Positions 51,770-60,966 of a stretch of DNA of 64,000 bases are shown piece by piece. The position numbers and the translations under genes were made by a program. The notes beneath the pieces were generated by a model. The model worked only from the letters and a program-made list of their open reading frames with translations. It ran no database searches and was not told where the DNA came from. The stretch spans positions 2,577 to 66,576 of the forward strand of contig NZ_JBQNCH010000013.1 of the NCBI RefSeq assembly GCF_052169515.1. Direction: 5' to 3'. Origin of the DNA: Campylobacter sp. GTDB taxonomy: Bacteria; Campylobacterota; Campylobacteria; Campylobacterales; Campylobacteraceae. The stretch's first letter is position 1. Every line of letters starts with the position of its first letter.

Positions 51770-52530
51770 TAGATTGGGGCGTAAAGTATGCAGCGATTTA
51801 CAGAAATACAAAAGGCATGCTAAAACCAGTTGATGATATTGATTTTGTTGATATCGACTCACTTTATGGGCTGGAGAAACAAAAAGAAATTTTACTAAAA
51901 AATACTCTAAATTTTATAGAAGACAAGGATGCGAACCACGTGCTTCTTTGGGGTGAGAGAGGATGTGGCAAGTCAAGTCTTGTAAGGGCTGTTTTTACTA
52001 AATTTTATAAAGCCGGACTTCGCATAATCGAGCTTGGATGTGAAGATCTAAAATACCTTGGCGACATCATCGACGAGATTAGAAAAAGTGAGTTTAAATT
52101 TATCATTTTTTGCGATGATCTAAGCTTTGAAAATGGCAGCAATGAGTATAAATTTCTAAAACCTATAATGGACGGCTCTATCCAAAAACCACCTAAAAAC
52201 GTGCTTTTATATGCCACGTCAAATCGTCGCCATCTAATAAGTGAGTTTAAAAGCGAAAATGAAAACTCACAGTTAGTGGACGGCGAAATACATTACAGTG
52301 ACGCAGCTCAGGAGAAAATTTCTCTTTCAGACCGCTTTGGTCTTTGGATTAGTTTTTATCAGGGTAACTACGATGAGTACCTAAAAATGGTTGATTTTTA
52401 CTTTAAAGAGTACTCTGGAGATAGGGAAATACTTCACGGTCTTGCTAAAAATTTCGCCACTCTTAGAGCTAGCAGGAGCGGCAGGACGGCAAAGCAGTTT
52501 TATCTCACATTTAAAGAAAATTTCAAATGA
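51766..52530 (+). CDS. AAA+ ATPase (DUF815-like)
   Basis: GERGCGKSS, FCDDLSF, YATSNRRHL, SLSDRFGL, RSGRTA. Confidence 0.88.
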   Translation: MIDWGVKYAAIYRNTKGMLKPVDDIDFVDIDSLYGLEKQKEILLKNTLNFIEDKDANHVLLWGERGCGKSSLVRAVFTKFYKAGLRIIELGCEDLKYLGDIIDEIRKSEFKFIIFCDDLSFENGSNEYKFLKPIMDGSIQKPPKNVLLYATSNRRHLISEFKSENENSQLVDGEIHYSDAAQEKISLSDRFGLWISFYQGNYDEYLKMVDFYFKEYSGDREILHGLAKNFATLRASRSGRTAKQFYLTFKENFK

Positions 52531-53195
52531 CATCAACCGATCTATTTTTAACCTTATTTAATCACAAAAGCAGAAATTTGGATGAGCTAAAATGGCCAGG
52601 TGATGGCACTTTTGAGGTTATTTTGGGAGCTATCTTGGTGCAAAATACGAATTGGAAAAACGTAGAAAAAGCACTAAATAACCTAAAAAATGCTGGCAAA
52701 GATAGTCTAGACGCTATTTGTGCACTTGAAAACAGCGAGCTTGCCACGCTCATAAAGCCAAGTGGCTTTTATAACACAAAGGCCAAACGGCTAAAAACGC
52801 TTTGTCTAGCCATAAAAAACGAGTTTGGCGATTTTGAAAATTTTAAAGAAAATGCCAGTCGCGAGTGGCTAATAAACGTAAAAGGTGTTGGGGCTGAGAC
52901 TTGTGATGCGATACTGGCATACGCTTGCGGTAGGCCGTATATGGTCGTTGATGCTTATGCGCTTAGGATAATGGCGTATTTTGACTATAATTTCGAGTGC
53001 TACGACGAGGCAGCCGAGTGGCTTAGCTCGCTTGATTATGATGAAATTTATAAATTTCTTGATAGCTCAAAATTTGATGAAGTTGAAATTTTAAAGCTCT
53101 ATCATGCTCTTGTTTTGGAGTTCTGCAAAGAAAATTTCAAAGGCAAATTTCTAAGCGAAGACGGGCAAAAAGTACTCAATAGTATTAAAAATTGA
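52527..53195 (+). CDS. HhH-GPD DNA glycosylase (3-methyladenine glycosylase/EndoIII-like, no Fe-S motif)
   Basis: GAILVQNTNW.NV, IKPSGFYNTKAKRL, VKGVGAETCDAIL, VVDAY. Confidence 0.87.
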   Translation: MTSTDLFLTLFNHKSRNLDELKWPGDGTFEVILGAILVQNTNWKNVEKALNNLKNAGKDSLDAICALENSELATLIKPSGFYNTKAKRLKTLCLAIKNEFGDFENFKENASREWLINVKGVGAETCDAILAYACGRPYMVVDAYALRIMAYFDYNFECYDEAAEWLSSLDYDEIYKFLDSSKFDEVEILKLYHALVLEFCKENFKGKFLSEDGQKVLNSIKN

Positions 53196-53289
53196 AATTT
53201 TTATATTAAATTTGGCATAAATTAGGACTTTTTATGTTTTATTTTAAATTCTGTGCTAAATTTACTTAAAATTTATTTTAGGAGAGTTA

Positions 53290-54195
53290 ATGATCTACGA
53301 TAATATCCTTAAAACAATTGGTAATACGCCTATTGTAAAGATAAAAACAGGTGCTGATGAGGCTGAAATTTATGTAAAGCTAGAGTTTTTTAATCCAGGT
53401 GGTTCTGTAAAAGATAGGATCGCATTTAATATGATAAGCAAAATGCTAGCTGATGGCACACTAAAAGAGGGCGATACTATCGTTGAGCCAACAAGTGGAA
53501 ATACTGGCATTGGTATAGCTATGTGCGGTGCTGCGCTTGGCTTTAAAGTGATACTTTGTATGCCTGAGAGCATGAGTATTGAAAGGCGCAAGATCGTGGC
53601 TGCTTATGGCGCTCAGCTTGAGCTAACCCCTGCAGCTGGTGGCATGAAAGCAGCGATCGCAAGAGCTACCGAGCTAGCAGCCCAGCCAAATCACGTAATG
53701 CTAAGTCAGTTTGAAAACAAATACAATCCACAAGCTCATGAGCTAACAACAGCAGCTGAAATTGTTGCTGATTTTAGCAAGCTAGATGCCTTTGTAGCAG
53801 GCGTTGGTACAGGTGGTACGATAAGCGGTGTAGCAAAAGTTTTAAAAGCAAAAGGCTATGATACTAAGATAATTGCAGTTGAGCCTGAAGCTTCTCCAGT
53901 TTTAAGCGGTGGTAACCCTGGTCCACATAAAATTCAAGGCATCGGAGCGGGATTTTTACCAAATACAATGGATATAAGCTTGGTTGATGATATAGAAAAA
54001 GTAAGTAATGACGATGCATTAAATGCAGCTAGAGCCATTGTAAAGAGTGATGGTTTTATGCTTGGTATAAGCGGAGGTGCATCTTACGTGGCTGCAAAAA
54101 GAGTAGCTAAAAGGCTTGGCGCTGGTAAAAAAGTACTTTTCATAGCTCCAGACAATGGCGAGAGATATCTAAGTACAGAGCTTTACGGAGCATAA
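53290..54195 (+). CDS. cysK: Cysteine synthase A
   Basis: NPGGSVKDR, EPTSGNTG, GVGTGGT, HKIQGIG. Confidence 0.96.
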   Translation: MIYDNILKTIGNTPIVKIKTGADEAEIYVKLEFFNPGGSVKDRIAFNMISKMLADGTLKEGDTIVEPTSGNTGIGIAMCGAALGFKVILCMPESMSIERRKIVAAYGAQLELTPAAGGMKAAIARATELAAQPNHVMLSQFENKYNPQAHELTTAAEIVADFSKLDAFVAGVGTGGTISGVAKVLKAKGYDTKIIAVEPEASPVLSGGNPGPHKIQGIGAGFLPNTMDISLVDDIEKVSNDDALNAARAIVKSDGFMLGISGGASYVAAKRVAKRLGAGKKVLFIAPDNGERYLSTELYGA

Positions 54196-54198
54196 AAT

Positions 54199-54750
54199 AT
54201 GTGGGAGAGTCTAAAAGAGCTAGTTCAAACCGTCCGCGAAAAAGATCCGTCAGTTCATAATTGTTGCTTTTTGGCAATACTTATAAACACGCCAGGTATT
54301 CATGCGGTATTATTTCACAAAATTTCTCATTTTTTATATAAAAAAGAGCGGTTTTTTCTAGCTAGACTCATCTCGCAAATCGCAAGATTTTTAACGGGTA
54401 TCGAGATCCACCCTGGGGCAAAGATTGGAAGAAGATTTTTTATAGATCACGGCATGGGTGTGGTTATCGGAGAGACGGCTGAGATCGGTGATGATGTGAT
54501 GATGTATCATCAAGTGACACTTGGCGGCACTGGAAAAGAGTGTGGTAAACGACATCCAACTGTAAAAAATGGTGTTACTATTGCTGCTGGCTCAAAGATA
54601 CTAGGTGCCATAACAATTGGTGAAAATGCCAAGATCGGAGCAAACTCAGTTGTGCTAAAAAATGTTCCTGCAAATGCAACTGTTGTTGGCATACCAGCAA
54701 GGGTTGTCCGAGTGAACGGCACAAAATTTGAGCCAGAATTTATTATCTAG
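54199..54750 (+). CDS. cysE: Serine O-acetyltransferase
   Basis: [33 protein letters not shown]. Confidence 0.95.
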   Translation: MWESLKELVQTVREKDPSVHNCCFLAILINTPGIHAVLFHKISHFLYKKERFFLARLISQIARFLTGIEIHPGAKIGRRFFIDHGMGVVIGETAEIGDDVMMYHQVTLGGTGKECGKRHPTVKNGVTIAAGSKILGAITIGENAKIGANSVVLKNVPANATVVGIPARVVRVNGTKFEPEFII

Positions 54751-54769
54751 TTTTAGAATTTAAATAAAT

Positions 54770-54976
54770 TTATTTTTGCTCTTTATGTTTTAAAATTTGA
54801 GCATAAATTTCATCTTTTAGTTTTAATTTTTCTTTCTTTAAACTATCAAGCTCTGATGGTTTTGCTAAATTCTCATCTATTTTTTTATTTAGCTCGTCGT
54901 GTTTTTTACAAAGAGCGGCAAAACGAGCATCAACTTTCTTTAAGTCGTTTATAAGGTATGTATATTCATGTAGCAT
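54770..54976 (-). CDS. DUF465/YdcH-family small coiled-coil protein
   Basis: MLHEY..LI..LK, LKKEKLKLKDEIY; SD AGGAG. Confidence 0.85.
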   Translation of the reverse strand: MLHEYTYLINDLKKVDARFAALCKKHDELNKKIDENLAKPSELDSLKKEKLKLKDEIYAQILKHKEQK

Positions 54977-55098
54977 ACTTAGCTCCTATAAAATTTGAGA
55001 AATTTTATCAAAATTTTGTAAATGCATGGATATGCAGAATTTGGATTATAAGCTATTGTTTGAATTTGAGTACAAAAGAGCAAATGATATAAATTTGC

Positions 55099-56229
55099 TT
55101 ATACATATTTAAATTCTTCGGGCTTATGCTTGCTTTTTACGACACGTTTGGTTAAGCGTATCCCATCGACAGTACCGATAACTAAAAGCTTTGATCCTGT
55201 TCCTACTAGTGTATCGCCATTTGGCATTGGTACAAAATTATTATTTATGTCCCTAATGCCAACTATATCGGCATTTGTTATGTTTCGTAGATGAGTCTCT
55301 TTTAGTCTTTTAAACCTTATCCAAGAGTAGTCAGGCACAAGAATTTCTTCTATGTCAATTGGAGAGCTTTTTGTGTATAAAAACTGCTCTAACAAATTTT
55401 CCATATCTGGTCTTGCGCTCATGGCGCTTAGGCGTTGTGCGACCAGACGAGATGGGCTTACTACGTTATCTGCGCCTAATTTTTTTAGTCTTTGGGTGTC
55501 GTCTTCTGTCTCTGCGTTTGTAATAATATGATAAGGTTTTTTACGGTCTATTTCTTTCTCATAAAGTCTAACAGATGCGATAAGAGCAATGTTGTCAGCA
55601 ATATTTGAGCTAAGAGCGATAAGGCCTTTTGCGCTTGATAGATGTGTTTTTAAAAAGGCAATTTGTGTGTGTGGTTGAGCTTTTATAAAGTATGGATACT
55701 TATAAATTTGAGCTAGCTCTGCGATATCTTCTCTATCATCAACTACTACAAAAGGTATATGGTTTTCACGAAACTGGGCGCTAAGTTCAATTGTGTATAG
55801 GTTGTGATAACAAATAACAAAGTGATTTTTTAGTCTTGCAATCTTATAAAGCATGCGTCGTTCCTTTAAAATACTAATTAATGTGCCTCTTTTTAAAACT
55901 TCTACCACAATACCAATCGATAGTGTAAAAATAATAAAACCAATAAGGATAAATGTAATGGTAAAAATTCGTCCCCTTGGGGTTATTGGAGCAACTTCAG
56001 TAAAACCAACAGTGGTAAAAGTCATACCAGCTTGGTAAAAAGCATCTATTAGCGAGAAATTGTCTATAAAGACATAACCTAATGTTCCAAAAAGTAGTAG
56101 CAATACAACTGAAATTAGTGGAAATCTAAAAGGCTTTAATTGTTCGTAAAGTTCTGTATCTAGGCTTATTTCTGGTTTTGTAGAGTTTGACCAGTTGAGG
56201 AATTTTAAAAGTCTTGAGAGAAAAGACAT
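55099..56229 (-). CDS. Two-TM potassium channel with RCK/TrkA domains
   Basis: TM-pore-TM with filter TTVGFTE; RCK (HFVICY, FVVVD, LKKLGADNVVSP) and TrkA-C. Confidence 0.9.
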   Translation of the reverse strand: MSFLSRLLKFLNWSNSTKPEISLDTELYEQLKPFRFPLISVVLLLLFGTLGYVFIDNFSLIDAFYQAGMTFTTVGFTEVAPITPRGRIFTITFILIGFIIFTLSIGIVVEVLKRGTLISILKERRMLYKIARLKNHFVICYHNLYTIELSAQFRENHIPFVVVDDREDIAELAQIYKYPYFIKAQPHTQIAFLKTHLSSAKGLIALSSNIADNIALIASVRLYEKEIDRKKPYHIITNAETEDDTQRLKKLGADNVVSPSRLVAQRLSAMSARPDMENLLEQFLYTKSSPIDIEEILVPDYSWIRFKRLKETHLRNITNADIVGIRDINNNFVPMPNGDTLVGTGSKLLVIGTVDGIRLTKRVVKSKHKPEEFKYV

Positions 56230-56252
56230 AAATTCCTCTTCATTTTACATTC

Positions 56253-56444
56253 TTAGTTTGATTGTTTTTTCATTGTTCTTAGCGTAGAAGCAGCAACTTT
56301 TATTTTTCTAGTAGTGCCATCTTCTAATGTTACGCGGATCGTTCTAAGATTTGGCAAAAATCTTCTTTTGGTTTTATTGTTAGCGTGGCTCACATTGTTG
56401 CCTACCATTGGTCCTTTGCCAGTTATCGCACATCTTTTTGACAT
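56253..56444 (-). CDS. rpmB: 50S ribosomal protein L28
   Basis: [33 protein letters not shown]. Confidence 0.98.
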   Translation of the reverse strand: MSKRCAITGKGPMVGNNVSHANNKTKRRFLPNLRTIRVTLEDGTTRKIKVAASTLRTMKKQSN

Positions 56445-56618
56445 TTTTTTTCCTTATAAACAAAAATTTCTGCTGATTCTATCTAAAATAAACAAAAGCG
56501 ATGCTTAAATAGTTTCTTTTTTTAAAATAATCAGTTGTTTTTTAAGTAATCTAGATAAAATAACGTTTCTGTCCATAGTTATAAACAGTAAAATATTTAA
56601 ATTTTTAAGTGATTCAAG

Positions 56619-57365
56619 ATGCTTAGTAAAGAATTGATAGAAAAAAATGTCGATTTTGTTTTGCAGATGCCAAGTCTTTTTAAAAAGATCGAACATTCTT
56701 TGTCGGTCAATAATTTGGTTGAAGCGGTTAACATTTTAGAAAATATAACACCATTTAAAACATATTTTAATTCTATTTTGAAACGTGCCAAATTTGATAT
56801 TCCTTATGATGGTAGCGACATAATGGTAGCAGCAAATATGCTGGGTATAGATATTTTTAGAGCGATAGTGCTTTCTTATTTTATTTTTTTAAAATCTCCA
56901 AAAATTTACAAGATATTTAATTTAAAAATTGTTGATTTAATAGAGCTTAATGCTAAAATTTTATCTGATTGGCTAAAGATATTAGATGCTTTTGAAGAAA
57001 GAAATTGTAACTATTTATTGCTTGCTCCATATTCATTAGCATGTCTTATAGTCTGTGAGAATTTATTTTCAAGATATCCATCTTCTATGTCTGAGATTAT
57101 TTTATATTCTGATGTAAGTTATAATAAAATTTTGAAAAAAAGATATGATTTTAATATTTGGGATATTATTTTTAAGGCAATGAAAATGGATGAACAAGCA
57201 TTAAGCAAAATTGATAAAAAAATGTTTTATTGTTTTGAAATTTTACTTTCTTATGAGGCTAGCAGGCCTGAATTTTATGAATTTGGGATCGATAAAATTT
57301 TAGATATCAGCACATATCCAGATATGCAAACCATTATATTTATTAAAAAAGCTTTGCAAAAATGA
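56619..57365 (+). CDS. Hypothetical protein with degenerate HDOD-like domain
   Basis: LQMPSLFKKI...DIMVAANMLGIDIFRAIVLSY aligns by eye with HDOD LP.LP...SI.QAI..LG...IR.L.L; no HD motif; weak SD. Confidence 0.6.
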   Translation: MLSKELIEKNVDFVLQMPSLFKKIEHSLSVNNLVEAVNILENITPFKTYFNSILKRAKFDIPYDGSDIMVAANMLGIDIFRAIVLSYFIFLKSPKIYKIFNLKIVDLIELNAKILSDWLKILDAFEERNCNYLLLAPYSLACLIVCENLFSRYPSSMSEIILYSDVSYNKILKKRYDFNIWDIIFKAMKMDEQALSKIDKKMFYCFEILLSYEASRPEFYEFGIDKILDISTYPDMQTIIFIKKALQK

Positions 57366-58735
57366 AGTTAACTTTTAACGGCTCAATTGCCATCCTAAGG
57401 CCTTTTGGCTTTTTAGACACAGATAATGTTCCATTGAAACTAAGTGAAAAATATATAAACAAAATTTCTTCACGCGAAGTTAGTGCTATACTCTTATCAC
57501 TAAAAAATGTTACTTTTTTCAGTCCTCTTTGGCTTGGTAAAACAATTGAAAAATTAAGTGACGAAGCACAAAAACTTGGTATAACGTTTGCGATTTGTGA
57601 TTACAATGAAATTTTTTATGAGTTAATGACAAAAACAGTTAAAAATATTTCAAATATTTCGTTATTTGAGAGTGAACAAATCGCAAGCTTGTTTTTAAAC
57701 AAATTTTTAAACGATACAAATTCCAAGATATTTATCTATAACCAAACCGAACAATACAAGCATTATTTAGCTGATTATCTAAAAGATCGCTCATATGATG
57801 TAGTTGAAGCTATAGATGCAAATGAGTTTAATAGAAAAAAGAGCTCGTATGATCGTGTGGTTTCGCAGCTCAATCATGTGAGACTAAAACCAAAGCACAT
57901 AGACACTTTTATAAGAGATGGCGTTGCTGTTTATGCTGTAAAAAGTTTCATGGACTCGGATTTTATTGAAAATTTTGATCTATCCGCTCATGATATCATG
58001 CTAAAAATCGGATATAAATTTTTTATTTTATGGGTAAATATTTCGTGCGCTTTAAATATAAGAGGCGCAAAATTTATAGTTGAACTTGCAAATATTAGTC
58101 AAAAAAATGGTGCGTTTATTGCACTTTGTGGTGTAAATGAGGCAAATTTATCTAGTGAGTTGGTGACGTATCTTAAAAATGCAAATATCTTTATCTATAA
58201 AAATTTAAATGACTTTTATGAAGATGACTCTATCCTTTATCTTAAAAAAAGAGATTTTGATGCAGAGCCAGTAAACATCAACAAAACCGTTGCTCAAATT
58301 TCATCTTATGTGACACAAATCGTGAGCAAAATCATCTCACCATTAGTGGAAGAAGAAATTTTATGTGTTGATACTAAAGTTAGTGCGCTTGATGTAGAAG
58401 ATGAGTGTGAGTATTTGCGTATTTGTGTTCAGTATTATGGCGATATTTATGCAAGAGTATTATTTGGCGTCAGAAAATCAAAATTAGATCAAATTTGCTC
58501 TATTTTTATGCCTGAGAATAATGACTCAAGTGATTATTTAAGCGGATATTCTCAAATTTTTAGTATCATTACAAATAAATTTTTGACTCATCTTTGGCAA
58601 AAAGGTATAAAAGTAAAAGTTAGCTTGCCTAAAATTTTATCCGATGATGTTTTTTTCGATCACAATAGTATAGGTATTATGAATAGGCTAGATGCAAAAG
58701 ATGACGAAATTGGCTTTATATTTGTAACCAAGTAA
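57362..58735 (+). CDS. Multidomain signalling-like protein: STAS + REC-like + STAS + CheX-like
   Basis: Two STAS-like repeats (LRPFGFLD...LSLKNVTFFS; AVKSFMD...LNIRGAKFIV...IALCGVN) and a C-terminal CheX-like segment (YYGDIYARVLF...KVSLPKIL); ATGA overlap with upstream gene. Confidence 0.6.
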   Translation: MKLTFNGSIAILRPFGFLDTDNVPLKLSEKYINKISSREVSAILLSLKNVTFFSPLWLGKTIEKLSDEAQKLGITFAICDYNEIFYELMTKTVKNISNISLFESEQIASLFLNKFLNDTNSKIFIYNQTEQYKHYLADYLKDRSYDVVEAIDANEFNRKKSSYDRVVSQLNHVRLKPKHIDTFIRDGVAVYAVKSFMDSDFIENFDLSAHDIMLKIGYKFFILWVNISCALNIRGAKFIVELANISQKNGAFIALCGVNEANLSSELVTYLKNANIFIYKNLNDFYEDDSILYLKKRDFDAEPVNINKTVAQISSYVTQIVSKIISPLVEEEILCVDTKVSALDVEDECEYLRICVQYYGDIYARVLFGVRKSKLDQICSIFMPENNDSSDYLSGYSQIFSIITNKFLTHLWQKGIKVKVSLPKILSDDVFFDHNSIGIMNRLDAKDDEIGFIFVTK

Positions 58736-58744
58736 GGAGAAAAA

Positions 58745-59392
58745 ATGTACGTTGCACCTAGTATTTTATCGGCTGATTTTGGAAATTTGGCAGCTGAGAT
58801 AAGAGCTATTTGTGAGGCTGGGTGTGATCTGGTGCATGTTGATGTGATGGATGGGCATTTTGTGCCAAATTTAACCATCGGACCAGTTGTGGTAAATGCC
58901 GTTGCAAAAGCAGCCACAAAGCCGCTTGATATACATTTAATGGTTGAGAATAACTCATTTTTTGCCGACCTTTTCTTACCGCTAAAGCCAAAATTTCTAA
59001 CCTTTCACATCGAAGAAGAGAAGCACCCAATGAGGCTTATCGATCACATCAGAAAAAATGACGTTAGCCCTGGCATCGTGCTAAATCCACACACGCCAGT
59101 TAGTGCGATTGAGCATATCATTGATGAAGTCAATATCGTGCTTTTGATGAGTGTAAATCCTGGCTTTGGCGGTCAGAAATTTATGCCAGTTGTGCTTGAA
59201 AAAACAAGGGCGCTAAGAGAGCTAATAGAGCGTAAAAACGCCAAGTGCCTCATTGAAGTGGACGGCGGCGTAAACGGACTAAATGCACCTGATCTTGAAG
59301 AGGCTGGAGCCGATATCTTGGTGGCTGGCAACTACATATTCTCATCAAATTCTTACGAACAAGCCATCCGCGCCATAAAGCTTGAGTTTTGA
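58745..59392 (+). CDS. rpe: Ribulose-phosphate 3-epimerase
   Basis: APSILSADF, HVDVMDGHFVPN, MSVNPGFGGQ, EVDGGV. Confidence 0.97.
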   Translation: MYVAPSILSADFGNLAAEIRAICEAGCDLVHVDVMDGHFVPNLTIGPVVVNAVAKAATKPLDIHLMVENNSFFADLFLPLKPKFLTFHIEEEKHPMRLIDHIRKNDVSPGIVLNPHTPVSAIEHIIDEVNIVLLMSVNPGFGGQKFMPVVLEKTRALRELIERKNAKCLIEVDGGVNGLNAPDLEEAGADILVAGNYIFSSNSYEQAIRAIKLEF

Positions 59393-60189
59393 AACCAAAA
59401 AAACAGCGTTTAGAAAATAGCATAGAAATTTTAGCTAGGCAAAATTTAAGCTATCATGAGTTTATTTTAAGATTTGGCGATATCGAGGAAATTTCATCTA
59501 TCATTGACGTGCGCGACCTTGATATGTGGCGAACTCTTGGGCTTGACATCACTAGAAACGAAGAGAATGAGATCGAGCTTGGCACGAGATTTAGAGATAT
59601 TGGCGAGCAGGAATTTTGCGTGGTTGATATCGAAACGACTGGCGGTACGACGAGCGGACAGATCATCGAAATAGGCGCAATCAAAATGAAAAATGGCGTT
59701 GAGGTAGGGCGTTTTGAAAGCTTTATTGCAGCTCCTGTGGTGCCTGAAAATATCACCGAGCTAACCGGTATAAAGGCGAGTGATCTAGTTGGCGCGCCAA
59801 ATTTGCTAAACGTACTTGAGCGGTTCAAAATTTTTCTTGGAACTAGCGTCTTTATCGCGCACAACGTAAATTTTGACTATGGCTTTATCTCTCATAGCCT
59901 AAATGAGATCGGCCTTGGTATGTTGCTAAATAGAAAGCTTTGTACCATCGATCTTAGTCGCCGCACTATCGCTTCGCAAAAATACGGCCTTGGCTCGCTA
60001 AAAGAGCTTCTTGGTATAAACAATATCCACCACAGAGCCCTAAATGACGCAATAGCTGCAGCTGAAATTTTCAAAGTCTGCCTCACGCGCCTACCTTTTA
60101 GTATCCAAACGACAGAGGATCTCATAAGTTTTAGCAAAACAGCCCCAAGCGTGAAGTTAAAACCTGAACCAGTTTTGTGTGCGAATTAG
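59389..60189 (+). CDS. dnaQ: DEDDh 3'-5' exonuclease (DNA Pol III epsilon-like)
   Basis: VDIETTG, AHNVNFD, HRALNDA; TTG start overlapping the rpe stop. Confidence 0.85.
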   Translation: MKPKKQRLENSIEILARQNLSYHEFILRFGDIEEISSIIDVRDLDMWRTLGLDITRNEENEIELGTRFRDIGEQEFCVVDIETTGGTTSGQIIEIGAIKMKNGVEVGRFESFIAAPVVPENITELTGIKASDLVGAPNLLNVLERFKIFLGTSVFIAHNVNFDYGFISHSLNEIGLGMLLNRKLCTIDLSRRTIASQKYGLGSLKELLGINNIHHRALNDAIAAAEIFKVCLTRLPFSIQTTEDLISFSKTAPSVKLKPEPVLCAN

Positions 60190-60335
60190 CGATAAAAAAT
60201 ATTCACAATCAATATAAAATTACCAATTTTAATCATTAGCTTTTATGCAATCTCTGGCTTTTAAAGGTTTATGGGTAGTTTTGCTAAATTTTACGTTTTT
60301 ATAAAATTTGCGGCGATCTTACAAAAAGGAGACAA

Positions 60336-60776
60336 ATGAGCCAGAAAAATCCTATTTCAAATTTCATCCCAGCTGACGATGAGGTGCTTGCTTTTTTGTC
60401 AAATTTTAGTGAGAAGTGGCGCACGAGCAGTGATGGAGCGGAGTTTATAGAGCAAAATTTTACCTTTATTGGCTCAAAGCCAGTTTTGAGAAATTTAAAG
60501 TGTTATAAAACGGCTGAATATAAAAATTTTGCCGACATTAAAAAATTTCTCAGCTCAGATCCAAGCATCAAAAGTAAAATTTTAAGCGGCGAGATAAGCT
60601 ACATCGGCGACAATCTAACCAGTGCGGAGGTTAAATTTACACCTGAGTATTTTTACGATTTTTTAAAATTTGTAGTTGAGAATATCCCAGAGCATCACTA
60701 TTTTTGTAACCCTAAGATAGGCTGGATATTGTTCATTGCGATGGAGGGATATGTGGAATTTGGTGTTTTGTACTAA
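60336..60776 (+). CDS. Hypothetical protein, possibly a contact-dependent-toxin immunity-like protein
   Basis: SD AAGGAG; 146 aa, aromatic-rich C-half YIGD...IPEHHYF...WILFIAMEGYVEFG. Function is a guess. Confidence 0.65.
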   Translation: MSQKNPISNFIPADDEVLAFLSNFSEKWRTSSDGAEFIEQNFTFIGSKPVLRNLKCYKTAEYKNFADIKKFLSSDPSIKSKILSGEISYIGDNLTSAEVKFTPEYFYDFLKFVVENIPEHHYFCNPKIGWILFIAMEGYVEFGVLY

Positions 60777-60966
60777 CAAACTTATTGAATTATTTTTGAG
60801 TAGTCGCCCTAAATTTGTCCACGAAGATAAAAATACAAAAGCAATTTCTGCTCGTAAAAATTATCAAAATTAGCAAAAAGTTAGGATAGCATGCCAATGA
60901 AGCCTTCTGCTAGCAAAATTTAATCATTTTTTTTATATAATCCCTATTTTTCACAAAGGCAAAAAG

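Noticed and set aside
55026..55112. 28-aa plus-strand ORF MDMQNLDYKLLFEFEYKRANDINLLIHI
   Set aside because: No SD, antisense to both neighbours, overlaps the K+ channel stop.
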